From contig OZ024742.1 in the NCBI GenBank assembly GCA_964016885.1, forward strand, positions 115,382,001-115,446,000: a stretch of DNA of 64,000 bases, read 5' to 3'. The first letter of the stretch is position 1. The number at the start of each line of letters is the position of its first letter. Below, one piece after another: positions 41,095 through 54,861 of the stretch. The notes under the pieces are model-generated. The model was not told where the DNA came from. It was given only the letters and a program-made list of their open reading frames with translations, and made no database searches. Made by a program: the position numbers and the translations under genes. This DNA comes from Eledone cirrhosa. Lineage: Eukaryota.

Positions 41095-41719
41095 TAGTAT
41101 ATATTTTTCCCGGGACTCAGAATTATTATCTCGTATTAGTTCACTTTGCGGCACTGGGTGGTTGCTGGAATTGTGCCCGGGATGGAAACCTTTATTGTTT
41201 ATTTCGTGGTAGTCTCTTTAGTATTTTGGCCCCTTTTGTTGACCCGTCACCGTATCATTTACGTACTTATACCTCTTAAAAGGGTCCTCGCCTAATCCGT
41301 CCCACCTAGTTATTTTACTTATTTCGTTATTTCTTTATTTCTTTCTTTACTTCTTTCTTTCTTTATTTATTTATTTATTCTAGACTAACATTAGCTAGAG
41401 ACCCAGGTCGTAGAATTTAATTTACTTTACTTTTTTTCTTAACACTCATTTGTTTTTCTTTACACGTATTTTTTCTTTCCTATATATTTCTACCCCCCCA
41501 TTGTTCTACCTACCGTTCCGACTTCCTCCCCCTCCCCCTCCCCTGTATCTTCTTTGACCTCATGCCCAGCTGTAGCTGGCACTACAAACGCTTGATTGGG
41601 GCTACTCCGCCCCTCCCCTCTTTCTCCTACTGGCAGGTTTAGCCACCATCTCCCCTACTAATTTGCAACCACAGAATTACTACTGATTTTTGACAATCAC
41701 TTTGACCATATATGGAATT

Positions 41720-41813
41720 ACCCCTTGAGAAGATCGGCTATTTAAATACCAGGATAAATTTTCATTTAGTCCAGAATTAGCCGTCGAAACGGCTTGAGCT
41801 CAGCTGTCGGGGT
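41720..41813 (+). ncRNA. Type-I hammerhead ribozyme with U3:A8 core and extended stem II
   Basis: ACCCC UUGAGAA GAuCGGCUA...UAGCCGUC GAAA CGGC-uugagcuca-GCUG UC GGGGU. Confidence 0.8.
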
Positions 41814-41959
41814 CTTGCTGGTTCCTATTACCCACTCTACTACCTCAAGTATTGAGTACTTTGGTGCGTTATGGTCCACCTGGTTCCTTACCACATTTCC
41901 TTCGTTATATATATATATATATATATATATAGATATATATAGATATATATATATACATA

Positions 41960-44900
41960 ACCAAAAGTTAAACAAGGTTCATTGATTAATCAATGAATAT
42001 AGGTTTACAATATATTAGAAGCACTCAACCGTGGGTTTTCTGGAGTTATTTATATTAATTCAAAATATTAATATATATAGACATTCACGTAATCAAATAT
42101 ATTTTATTATATATATTTCTGAGGAACTGTGCTCTTTCCTCAGCACGTCCTCATCAAATAAAATGACATACTTCAACTGTGCTAATGGTTCAATTCCAGT
42201 CTTGGCTGTGATTAATTATAACAAAACTCAATATTTATATACCATCATTACTAACATGACAAACTACATATAATAGAGAGGGTGAGTAGGAAAATGTGTA
42301 GAAAAGAAATACATAAATAAATAAATAACATAAACAAATAAGTACATAAATGTTAAATATTTAAAAACTTGTTTCTACTTTTGGCACAGGGCCAGCAATT
42401 ACCCAGTGTATTACTAGTACTTTATTGTAACGACCCCGTAAGGATGGAAGGCAAAGTTAACCTCATCATTAAATAAGTAAATATGCGTATTAGAGAAAAA
42501 ACAAATGAGAGAGAGCTAAATAGAGCAGAAAAGGAAAAGATAGAGAGATGAAGATAAAAACGAAGAGAGGGAGATATAGATGGTATAATATAACTAGATA
42601 AGGATAGGAAGAATAGGGGTACATGATGCGTGACCGTTCTATTTTCAAATATTAAGTTACGTATAAATAATTAATTAAATACCATGAAATGTTTACTCGA
42701 TAATATTTGAAAGAAATTATACCATTATATTATATCAAAATTAAAACAATATAAAATAATATAAAACAATATAACATATTTGCAATGATAATCTGGAGCA
42801 TATTTAAATTAGCAAATACATTCAATAATTTAGATATAAAATTCAAAATTGTAAATATTATTAACTAACAATGGTGCTTAGAAATATAATAAATATGATA
42901 TTATTAAAGTTAACTTACTAGGATATTAGCATCTGTATATGCATTTTATATATTTAGAAATATAAATATTATAAACAATACTATTTAAATCAATATTTGT
43001 CAATTACATATAGGATTAATTATTAGTTATATTTATTATTTCATTTCAACAAAATTTTACTGTATTCAAATTTTACTGTATTCAATACTATAAATCAAGT
43101 TAAATACAGATTATTAATCCATTTGGATAAAACGAAATTATACACGATAAGTTTAAACAATATCTCCGTACGATGTATCTAGACGTTTAAATTAATTAAA
43201 CGGTTCGAACGCCTGAAGATATTATAGATCTCAAATTTATAAAATTCAGGATTTAAAAAGAGGACTCTAAATCGAACTAAATGTATTTAATCAATCAATA
43301 GATTACCATAATCATTTATGGTATGCATTTCCTAAGGTGAGGTAGAACATTATACACCATAACAATAATAGCAATAATAGTCGCATTACAAGAATTATTA
43401 ATAAGAGTCAATATCTTTTCTCATTCAGTCAATGTTTTTTCCTAATTTTATATGATGCTTGAAATGTTGTTGCAGATTTATGGAAGCAATTTGAGAATAA
43501 GTCACTTTTTTTATTAATTAAATTACCATGATTAGCAATTATTAATAGTGTCTCAGTATTGCAAAGATTGCAGTTAGGTGAGATGGAATCAATCCGATAA
43601 ACTTCACAGTTTCGAAGTTTAATCCAAGAGATTGAGTATTTTATATTTTTCTCTTTTATTGGGATAAAGAAGTAGAACATTTCTTATCTGGATTAGAAAA
43701 ATAATGTTTATTATTGGAAAATTTCTGTTTAAAGTTCGATGAAGTTGCACCTATGTAGTTATATGTCATATTATTATTTGCTTTAATGGTACATTTATAT
43801 ACTAAATTATTATCAAGGCAGTTATTTTGCAAAGGGCATTTATATTTTCTTCTAGAGTTACAGTTCGATTTCATGCTATTTCTATAATCTAAACTGTTCG
43901 CATTAACATTGTTAATATTTTGTAGGTGTTCTAGTGTAAGTGCTTAAATTAATGTTATGTTTATTCTCTATAACTATAGTATAATTATTATTATTATTAA
44001 TATCGTCATTATCGCTAATTATCTAAGAATTCTGCTATTTATTTTTGCAATATTTTGAGCAATATTCATAGTTGTTGAGTAAGATAGTGTAACTGTGTGT
44101 CTATTGAAGAGAGAGTAATATTTATGTGTTCTAGGGAAACATTTATCTAATGCTTTAAAAAATAATTGTACTACAGGTGTTTTAATAGCTAAAGATGCTG
44201 GTGGGGCATACCAAATAATAGATCTAATTCTTTTTCCCTGATTTATTCTCGAAATTGGTATTTGTATTTATATTTTTATTATTTTTATTTTTATTTTTAT
44301 TTTTATTTTTATTTTTATTTTTATTTTTATTTTTATTTTTATTTTTACAGTCTGTTTTATTCATATTATTTTTATTATTATGAATATTTAGTTTATAATT
44401 ACAATTATTATGTTCTACATATTCAATATTATTTTTATATCCTGCTTTATGTAACGCTTCATTATAATATGCAGCTTTACTATTAAACATGGATTTGTTA
44501 GCAGATAATCTAGTTAAACGTTGTTGAACACTATTGACTATTGCATTTTTAACAGATTTATGATGATTGGAATAAAAACTAACATAATTTAGGTTTTCAT
44601 TGGGTTTATGGAAGGGTAATATAGGCCTGAGTTTAAATTAAGGGTTACGTCTAGGAAGTTAACTATTTTACTATTACTTTCTACTTCTAATTTCAGGTCA
44701 TAATTTTTAAAGAATTCTGTAATTATTTTCTTTACACTATTTAATTCCCTATTGCTATGTTTAACTACAGTAAATATTATATCATCTCTATATAAACCGC
44801 CGGTAATCTCCGCAGTTTTCTATTTATCATATTAAGGATAAACATTCCCAGAAGATCGGTAACCTCAGCAGAATCTGACGATCCCATCGTAATGTCGAAA

Positions 44901-45075
44901 TTCTTCTGCCCATCCGAACGAGCACCAACATTATTATTAAAATTAATCAAGGTTTGCCTACCCGTTAAATAATATTAATCTCCTCACTAGATAGATGAGT
45001 GTGTTTATATGCGTATGATAATGACTTATTCAAAAGTTTAGGAGTTATTGAGGCGTAGCGACTCGCTATGTCCTT
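41960..45075 (-). mobile_element. Penelope-like element (Naiad-type), decayed RT to endonuclease to 3' UTR
   Basis: TMGSSDSAEVTDLLG, GGLYRDD, NFLDVTLNL, CPLQNNCLDNNLVYKC...YIGATS and CNLCNTE. Hexamer expansion in the linker. Damaged hammerhead at 42101-42164. Confidence 0.9.
42367..42464 (-). mobile_element. SINE, 5'-truncated
   Basis: 3' half of the SINE consensus. Confidence 0.85.
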
Positions 45076-45712
45076 TTGAATAAATTTATGATTTTTCTGG
45101 ACGTGATGTAGGGGGCGTTATGTTCCGGCTATCTGTGTACTACATGAATAACTGTGCCCACATTAGGTTGAAGTTGTAAAGGCACTTTCATAACCCATTG
45201 GACTAATTGGTTGGCATGCAAAATTGAACATACATAAATGAAGAGCAGCTGGAAACCATATAAAAAACGGTTGCTAAACCTTTATCATGTAAATAAACTT
45301 TCTATATACAAACGTATTTATTCTCACGCTTAAACGCAATACTACATTTGGAATTATAATCCGTTGATTAGATTTCAAATCCCACCGACATAAATTCGGT
45401 ATATGATTAGTTTGTACAGTCTAAGTAGCATTCAATTAAATCAACTACATCACTAACATAATATGTGTGGATATTCATTGATTCGTTAGAGAGTCGGACA
45501 ACAACCATTCCGGCAATTATTTGAAACCTGAAATACTAGGCAATCTGATAATTAAAAAATCTTCGGCGAAAGACATCCAGCATTTGTATCATAGCTGTAT
45601 GTGTGCCTAAGTTTTGACAACATATTTTTCACATATTCTAAAAGTTGTATATTTCGATGTATATTTCGATGTTTTATTTCGCAGACAGCATGTTTGTGTA
45701 GCTGCTCCAAAA

Positions 45713-45771
<59 letters not shown>

Positions 45772-45784
45772 TTATTATTATTAT

Positions 45785-45841
<57 letters not shown>
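45713..45841. repeat. (GTA)n/(TTA)n microsatellite
   Basis: Read directly from the sequence. Confidence 0.98.
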
Positions 45842-45844
<3 letters not shown>

Positions 45845-46335
45845 CAGCAGCAGCAGTTGGAGAAACGAGAAGTAGTTAAAGGAAATCATGTGCAAATCAT
45901 ATGCTATATCAAGAAAATGTATGAATTACATGCAACAAAGCAATGGAAATTGTTATATAAAGAAACTAATCTATAGAAGTGTTACATATGATCCAACTGA
46001 TGCATAATCGACACTCTAGTGAAATACAGAAGCTCACGTGTATGTAGCGAGTAATTGTATGACTCGTCTCTATTGAAAATACATATATATTACTTATATG
46101 ATGTGTGACTAGACGAAATCTGCTGGCTGAAAATATGCACATAGTGATGAACATTTGAGGACATAGGTGAAAATCAAGTGATAAAAAAAAAATCATTTAA
46201 ACATTAGAAACATATTAAAATGTACGTCGTTGTTAATTATCAACATCACACAGGTGCACACACAGACATACATACTGAAATACACACACATATATATATA
46301 TATAATATAATATATATAATATAATATATATAATG

Positions 46336-46406
<71 letters not shown>

Positions 46407-46469
46407 GGGGGGGGGATATAATTATATGTGTGAGTGTATGTGTGTGTATGTGTGTGTGAAAATATATAT

Positions 46470-46860
46470 CTTCTTATTTTTCGTCTAACTATGCCTGAAA
46501 TTGTTGTGGGAGCAGAGTCATCAAACACTCCGACCAACTATCAGAAGCAACCGTCTCCTATCGGTTGCTGTTGACAGTAAAATATGTCCAGCGATTCTTT
46601 CCTGACACATTCTGAGACATTCTAAAACATGCCTATTTTGTCGGAGTTGTGATTTCTCATTTTGGAGTAGTATTGGCTCAACCTCGAGCGAATAGCTGCT
46701 CTCCGTGCTATGCACTCGAATGAGTAACGTTACACAAAAACGTTTCGAGGGAGTCCCATTTCGGCCGCTTCATTACTCATGATTTATGACCACAGTTATG
46801 GGCTCGCACGAATACCTAACTAAAGATAGCTTTGGCCTTTACACCTACATCATTTCTTCT
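46470..46860 (-). mobile_element. Decayed RTE-like LINE 3' fragment
   Basis: LEVEPILLQNEKSQLRQNRHV resembles the RTE motif I..SQLRWFGHV. Related to 11063-11360. Confidence 0.55.
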
Positions 46861-46899
46861 GATTAGCAAAGAGTAAAATCCGTCGGCCGTAATTTACAC

Positions 46900-47081
46900 T
46901 GGCACTATCGGTAGAGGTTCGGACGCCATGCTTTGCAGCAAAGAGATACGGCCCTTTATGATCTGAGTTCAAATCGCGCCGAGGTTAACTTTGCCTCTCA
47001 TCCTTACCGGGGCTATAAAATAAAGTACCAGTAATACACTGTGATTACACTGCTGGCCTTGTGCCAAAGTAGAAACAATTA
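46900..47081 (+). mobile_element. tRNA-derived SINE
   Basis: A/B boxes and consensus body. Confidence 0.9.
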
Positions 47082-48757
47082 CTTATCTCGACAGATCGTG
47101 ATCTACAATTTGCACTTAATGGGTTTGTTATGCCGAGTGATGCATTGTTGGAATGAAAATAAATGCTGAGAAATCTAAGACACTCGTTCTCTCAATGAAT
47201 TTTGAAAGGTGCGCTCTGTGCGTAAATTGAGACCAATTGAAAGCATGTAGCGTAGTTCAAGTATCATGGGGCTATGTTCACAAGTGATGGAAGACGGAGG
47301 TGAATTAAGTGCAATAACACACACACGCACACATATATATATATGTGTGTGTGTATACTTATATACTTACAAAGATAGCTGTAGTTAGATATAGCTATAT
47401 AGAAGAATGTAGGATAATATTTTAGGGATTTGACCGCTATTTCTTCTATTACTTCTATGCATAGACCTGCTATGGTGAAACCGATGTGGTACACTACCCC
47501 GAATCGATCCAGTGATAGTTATATAAGAGGATTACTCAATAAGGATTTTGCATCGAATTGAATATTTGAAGAAGTAATTTTTTCAGTTTGCTTTCTCTAT
47601 TTGCATAGGTATCATAGGTATTGAAATATAGCTAACTGGCTCTACGAATTTCTATAAATAATTTATGTAATGATGGTTTAAGTTTCCAATACACTGCTTT
47701 CATCACATTTTGGCAATAAATCTGTAGAAGTCGATAAATGCGTCGTAATTTAAATTTAGCAGCAGCAATAAGGCCTCACTTAACGTAGAGAAAAAGTAAA
47801 TGTATCAAAATGCATAATGAATCGTATAAATCATGCTTATATATTTCAAAGAAAGTCTCCTTAAATATAATATCTGAAGGTAGAATGATTCGTGTTCAAA
47901 TCTAAAATGTATACAAATATTTCTTGTATGAGATTGCAGTTTGCTAATTAGTCACGTATACATGTTTTGCCAAGGATGCAATGCGCTCTCCGTTCCGGGA
48001 ATAAACATTAGAAACTTACAATTGTGAATCAGCTCCTTCACACATTCACACGTAGACGCAGACCCACATATGCAGAAGCACCCACCCATTCACTCTCAAA
48101 AACACACATTTATATATATGTATGTCTTACGTTTATGTCGGATAGTTTAAGCAATAGGACATTGTATCTGTGATCCAATCATTCCGATTAGCAGACCGAG
48201 ATGCAATAAGCAAATCACTTGATGTATGCATATCTTCCATCATAGATGTGGTATCTCCTGATTTGAACAGGAATGAAATACTTAAATGGGAATACAAGGA
48301 GACCGGATTCAAATATATCTAAACTATCATAAAGTAAGGATTGCGGGACTGCATACAGATTATAATTTGTTCATCCTATTAGTAAAATAATTTGGATAAC
48401 TTTGAATAAATAATGAATGAATACTACATAATTTATGTACTATATTTCGTGGCAGTTGATTAAATATATTTTATTGTTTATTTAAATATTTACTTCTATA
48501 AAATGTTCAAATGTCAACACTTCCGGTTAGCGATCGCTTAGATAAACATTCATATATTTCCATAAATAATTTGTTTCCTAATGCAGTTTATATATAATAT
48601 CGTCTTTTTTTAATGTATCGTGGATTACGTTTCTGATTACATAAGAAAGTGTAACACAGTCTTCGTTCAATTCCTGTGTATATTGTCAATTACGATTTTG
48701 TTTGATGTATCATTCATATCTACATGCTTGCGTATAATATCAATATACATACTACAC

Positions 48758-48800
48758 AAGCCAGCAGAAAACCACCCGAAGGGTGGGTTTTCTGCTAGTT
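48758..48800 (+). mobile_element. Helitron-like 3' terminus (hairpin followed by CTAG-T)
   Basis: GCAGAAAACCACCC-GAA-GGGTGGGTTTTCTGC running into TAGT. Confidence 0.5.
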
Positions 48801-49189
48801 TATTTAATGATGCACAATTACTTAATGCTTATTCCTGTGGCTGGTTTACGTCATCAGGCAATACGATCGCTGACGTCAGCAGATGGAATGGACATAGAAT
48901 AATTAGTTCACTAATCCCTCATATCGCAACATGTACATGATATATGAAAATCTCGTACATTTATTAATAACCGCTTCTTTTTGTGTGGCGGTATGGTTAT
49001 GAATAGAGTTAAAGTCTCCTTCGTGTCGGAAATATTTTATTTTAATTGGACAACTCATCCGTATAAAATGTGTTAGGCAGATACAAATATGTATTTGTAG
49101 GTATATAACGATAGGTAGTTAGAGAGAAACTCGATGTTTCCGCGTGAAGATGCATTCACAGCAATAGCAGCAGTGGCTGTCTAAATAAT

Positions 49190-49374
49190 TGTTTCTACTG
49201 TAGGCACAAGGCCAGCAAATACCCAGTGCATTACTGGTACTTTATTTTATCGACCCCTTAAGGATGAAAGGCAAAATCAACCTCGGCGGGATTTGAACTC
49301 AGATCGTAAAGGGACGTAACTATGCTGGAAAGCATGGCGTCCGATCCTCTACTGATATTGCCAATCCACCACCC
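49190..49374 (-). mobile_element. SINE with 19-bp TSD (one mismatch)
   Basis: CAGTGGCTGTCTAAATAAT at 49171-49189 and CAGTGGTTGTCTAAATAAT at 49385-49403. Confidence 0.93.
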
Positions 49375-49384
49375 TATATTTAGA

Positions 49385-50250
49385 CAGTGGTTGTCTAAAT
49401 AATCTACCCTAGTCAGATTTGTGGCTACGGTGATCGTAAGTCCCAGCTCTATGAAAGTGGCTATCAGGTCCTTTCTAAAAATATCAAGTCCGTGACCAGA
49501 TTTATGGTGTGATAGGTCATTCAAGGAATCTCCATCGCAACATATCTAATATGTATAAAACAACTAAATAGTATACCTCAGCAGTATTGAACCATCTCAT
49601 TGAGACATTGAATAGTTCTGACGTAGTTGTTTTTTTGTTTTGTTTTTTCTCCAGGCTACACCAGTATTGTAGAGGAGAGTACTTTTGCAGTGTGTAATGA
49701 TGTGTCTATCTAAGTCATGGACGGCGGTATAATTATTGGTAGTGTTTATATCCCAACGCTTTCTTCAACAGAGTCACCGATATAGGACGGGTAGAGGTTT
49801 ACTATGTCAATCACGGTAAAAGTAGCATTTTTGATGCTGAATCCTTGTTGGTGCAGAGTCGAAGTTCATCCAACGGGACAGCATGAATTTCTTCCTAATC
49901 GTCTTAACTAGTTCTCTAAGAATAGATTTGCTAACTAATCTCTGTGCCTGCCCGGATCAACAATCTACCTGTGGGTAGCGAAATGGGTCTCATGATCCAT
50001 AATTCTTGAAAAGGGATTGTAGTTTCTTATCTACATTAAGGGTGAAGGATAGCTGCTTAGCTTCTCTATTGCTGTTAACATAAGCGTCGTGGTCTTTAGC
50101 AGAGACATAACACATATTTAGATTTTCCACTAAAACCTTTGTCCTAACTGCTAAAACAAACACATTTATGAAGTTGACCAAACTACTTACGACTACTTGG
50201 CACGAAAGTCAATAACGTTGAAGTAAAGAAGTTGTTATAAATATAGATGA
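49385..50250 (-). mobile_element. Decayed Naiad-type RT fragments
   Basis: FIELGLTITVATNLTRVDYLD and FTVIDIVNLYPSYI. Confidence 0.7.
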
Positions 50251-50414
50251 GGATCCCCGAATCATCTGCTATCAATATAACACCAAATTGGCAAACGGTC
50301 CCCGAATCGAATCGGTCCTCTATTTTCTATTTTCTATTTTAAATTACTTTATATATTTTATCTTATATTCTCTGTCTGAGTTCAACACATCCTATTATAT
50401 AATTCTGCAAATAA

Positions 50415-50495
50415 CACCTGATGATATAGTCTACTCTAACAATATAATCGGATGTTAGGGCCCTGTCATCGAAATATGTTTAGTGGTTTCGGGTG
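50415..50495 (+). ncRNA. Decayed hammerhead-like motif in a pLTR remnant
   Basis: CAC CUGAUGA...CUGUCAUC GAAA...UUC GGGUG. Stems II and III are imperfect. Confidence 0.4.
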
Positions 50496-50535
50496 ATTAA
50501 AATGTTAAAGTAAAATTTGCCTTCTGTTGGTGTTT

Positions 50536-50610
<75 letters not shown>

Positions 50611-51300
50611 TATATATAAAATTGATAACATGGCATCACTCTCATTGGAAATAGTTGGTAATTCAGGATAATTTACTAAAGTACTCCTTGATTGACATCG
50701 GTAAGAGTTGTTTGCTGAAGTGCTCTGACAAGAGATACATCTCCCATTTTTCAACACACCCATTTGCAAATGCACACATTATATTTCCGCAAATGATTAC
50801 GGAAGGAGAGAATGAAAGGTGAGAGAGAAGACGAGATAAAATGGGTATGTACTTTGTGCGGAATCTTGAAGCAGCAATGCGTAAATCCCAGTTCATGTTT
50901 GAGAGGACGAATACTATTAAGAGATATATAAATTTAGATGGACTCATGCTCAACCACACGCATGAACGTACAAACAGTAAGCCCATGCTTAAACATGCAT
51001 GGAAGGCATACATCCATCTATATACAGTCGGATATATATGTTGAAAGGAATGCCAATTGGTTCTTCTAAGAACAAATGCTGGAAATTAAACATTTGTTAA
51101 ATGACAACAAAACAATTACTTTGAAACGTACCGATCAAACTCGCATATTTTAGAAATTTAAATCAAGCCACGTGGCAATTGATAATTAACAATTATCTCC
51201 AATTTACAAAGCAAATATGAATAATATTAGAAAAAATCACGTCATGAAGCGGGCTTTGGAATAAGCCTATTAATTTGAAATGCTACCTTATCTCTGATTA

Positions 51301-53606
51301 CACTGGTCAACAAGCATTTTCCATCAAGCATATATCAAGGTGTACTTAGTGTAGTTTTTAATGCTGATTTCATATATACAATTAGTTGATTGACATCACG
51401 TAAAATTCCAAGATGAGAAAGTTTGTTTGGTTTTAGCCCATGTATTATATAGAAATTCCAATTAGTGACGTGTATGCTTGTATTTCATTTACATCATGGA
51501 AACAGCTTTAAAATAAACTACGTTATTCATTGCTGCATAGTTCAGATGCGATATTTCATCATCTTAAATTAACCAATCAAGTTTTATTTCATGAAATAGG
51601 TATTTCAATATCTCAAATTATCCAGTCATAATTGGTCTGAAGAAATATTTCATTATCTCAAATTCAATATAAGTATAACAGTTTGTATCTATTTTTTTAC
51701 TTGTTTTACAGTGTTAACTATGTTAAGAGAGTGTAGAAATCGTGCTGGTGTGTTTTGTTATATCTGTGGACAATTTATTGTGAAAGCTCAAAAACGTACA
51801 ATAACACCAGAGATCAAGATTTTATAAGCTATATTATGACTGTCCCCTTGGAGATCAAGACAAGTTATGGGCATCACATTTGATTTGCTCAGCTTGCTCA
51901 AATGGTTTACGTGACTGGTCCAATAAGAAGAAGTCCATGCATCTTGCCATTCCAATGATATGGAGGGAGCCGAAAGACCATTTTAATGACTGTTATTTTT
52001 GCAAAGTAAATGTCACAGGATTTTCAATGAGACCTGTGCCTCACAATGGAAGTCTGCCAATTCCAGTTCCACCAAATGATAGTATTGAAGCATCAGATGA
52101 TGATGCTGACTATCACGATAGTGCTGCTGAGGAAGATAACGTGGCTGATGACGATAGCTTTGAACCTCAGAAATGTTCGCAAGCTGAACTGAATCACCTT
52201 GTCATAGACCTACCCCTCTCTAAAGATAAAGCAGAACTGTTGTCATCAAGATTGAAAGAGAATTATCTGTTAGAGCACGGATTCGTATACCTTATTTTCG
52301 GCAGAGAAATGTGGTTCTACAAACGTGATTGTTTTATGGGATTTTCGAATGTTTATCACAAAATCATGATCCTGCAGAGTGGCGTTTGATTATTAACTCT
52401 TCAAAACGAAATTTAAAAGCTGTACTTCCTTATAATGGTAATTTGAAGCCATCCATTCATATTGAAAACTCCGCTCATCTTCATGAATCATACGGTAATA
52501 TAGAACTTTTACTTCATGCCATTGACTATGAAAGATGATCATGGAAAATATGTGGAGATTTAAAAGTCATTGGAATGTTAATGGAAATGCAGTCAGGTTT
52601 CAGCAAATACGGTTGTTTCTTGTGTCTATGGGATAGTCTGGCAACTGACAGACATTATTCGGAATCAAATTGGCAGACAAGAATATCATACCAGCCAGGA
52701 CTGTCTAGCGTCAAGAAAGCACCTCTTGTAGATCAATGTAATGTCTTATTGCCTCATTTGCACATAAAGCTTGGATTGATGAAACAGTGTGTAAAGACAC
52801 TAGGGAAGAGAAATGACGGAAGCCTTCAGTATATTGTAGAAAAGTTTCCCAAAATCACACAGCGAAGTTTAAAGAGGGTATCTTTATCGGACCCCAAATT
52901 AGAGAAGTACTCAAAGATGTCAACACCAAGACAACACTGGCTGAAATTGAACTGCCTGCCTGGAATAATTTCAATTGGATCTGTGAGAATTTCCTAGGCA
53001 ACAAGAAGGCAATGGACTACAAGGATGGCAGCAAGAATCTTTTCAAATGTTACTCAACAATGGGTTGTCACATGTCACTGAAATTTTACTTCTTGGACTC
53101 CCATCTGTATTTCGTCGCAGATAACCTTGGAGCAGTGTCTGGGGAACATGGTGAAAGATTTCACCAGGACATTTGTGCTTTGGAGAAACGGCTTCTGGAA
53201 TGACAGTATGCTGGCTGACTACTGCTGGACACTTTACCGTGATCATCCAGATCAGGAACTCCGCAGGAAAACTAAATCACAATGTTTTGTAACTCTGTTA
53301 TTCTAGGTTTGTTTTGTTTGACCCATTTGTTGTGTATTCACTCCTTGTAGAATGATAGTGATGATTTTTAACTCAATAAACTCATTTACCTTCTAAAAAT
53401 AATATGTCTTTATTTATTACGTTAATGATCTCATATGTACAAATATCTAAATATGTGCATGTATCTACTGAAAAGCTGATACGTGGTGCATACAAATAGA
53501 GTGACAGTTTGAAATCAGCATGAAAAATTAGTCTGAAAAAAGTTGGTTTGCATTCATAATGAGTATAATACATTTAATTATCAAATGTACATTTGCTGGT
53601 TTACCG
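51301..53606 (+). mobile_element. Chapaev3-like (CMC superfamily) DNA transposon, near full length, pseudogenised
   Basis: Starts TTA|CACTGG. Subterminal ATGCTGATTTCA is inverted at both ends. Transposase motifs: FCYICG, GDQDKLWA, PMIWREPKDHFNDCYFC, WRLIINSSKRNLKAVL, ICGDLKV, CFLCLWDS, LHIKLGLMKQ and GAVSGEHGERFHQDI. Confidence 0.85.
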
Positions 53607-54254
53607 AATTTTTTTTAATATGGATGGATGTTCTCATAAAAATGAGACTTCAATTCTTTCAATGAAAAAATGAGCATATGAAAGTGTTATGTAGTATACA
53701 AGCGTAACTTAGGAAAGCAAAATAAAGCTTTCAGAAAGCAATTATCGTTGCGACTAGAATAAGAAACCTTTGTTGTTGTTGAATAATTGTTTTTCGAATC
53801 GAAATGTTTAATGACCACACAATTTCTCTTAAGATTCTTATGGTATTATAATTTAACCAAATTAAAATGTGAACGTATTTGGTGTTTCTTCTTACGTTTC
53901 ATCTGATATTCATACGAAGCAAATCTGTTTACAGGAGCAAATGAACGTATACTGTATTTTATTTAATATAATCTAACTTTAATGTATGTAAACTTGGAGG
54001 AAAGTAGGTGAAATATGCCCTATACCCATGAGGGTACAATAACATCGGATTTATCTTCAAGGTTAAGGTGATAATGTATGTGAAACCCTTCTTTATTTTG
54101 TTTGGCTATACATAACATGGTTCAGTGATGTTCTGATAGATGAGGAGATATAGATAAGAATGTTGGTCGCCCAAATACCAATATAATCATTTGCATTGCG
54201 TCGACTATGTTCGAATTTCAATTATCCAAATGGGCTGCGGTCGGGAGTTTACAC

Positions 54255-54272
54255 ATCTCTCTCTCTCACTCA

Positions 54273-54350
<78 letters not shown>

Positions 54351-54388
54351 TTATCTCTCTCTCTCTTTCTCGTTATCTCTCTCCTCTC

Positions 54389-54437
<49 letters not shown>

Positions 54438-54460
54438 ATATCTATCTATCTATATATCCC
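54255..54460. repeat. (CT)n and (TATC)n compound microsatellite
   Basis: Read directly from the sequence. Confidence 0.98.
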
Positions 54461-54804
54461 CCTCTCTCCCTCTGTAAAGTTTACCTCTCTTCTGGTCCCT
54501 CTTAGCAACTTTGCACGGAGCTGTTTAGAGATGTTAATTACAAATATTCGGATTCTAAGCTGGTTTTACTATTATTTGCTCTTGAAAGTCATAATTAACA
54601 ATATTTTCATCCCGCAAACGATTAATTAGACTTAAACCTAATTAGCAGTTATTTCTTCTAGAACATAGTATCACTGCTTTAATGTGACTAGTATCAGCTG
54701 TTAGGTTTATATGTAAAAACATGGTTATTACATTTCCTCATAATGTCCAAAGTTCTGCAAGACAGTGATCCTCAAATTCAATTATAATATATCTACGAAT
54801 AATG

Positions 54805-54861
<57 letters not shown>

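Larger units (their letters stand above)
38870..41906 (-). mobile_element. Young Penelope-like element (Naiad-type), 5'-truncated, with a long inverted pLTR
   Basis: 38870-39603 is a near-perfect inverted copy of about 41064-41826. The internal ORF has CxCx5Cx5C, a GIY-YIG motif and CNLC. (TA)n on both sides. Confidence 0.95.

Noticed and set aside
50620-51290. Short ORFs upstream of the Chapaev3-like element
   Set aside because: No recognisable motif. Probably decayed repeat sequence.
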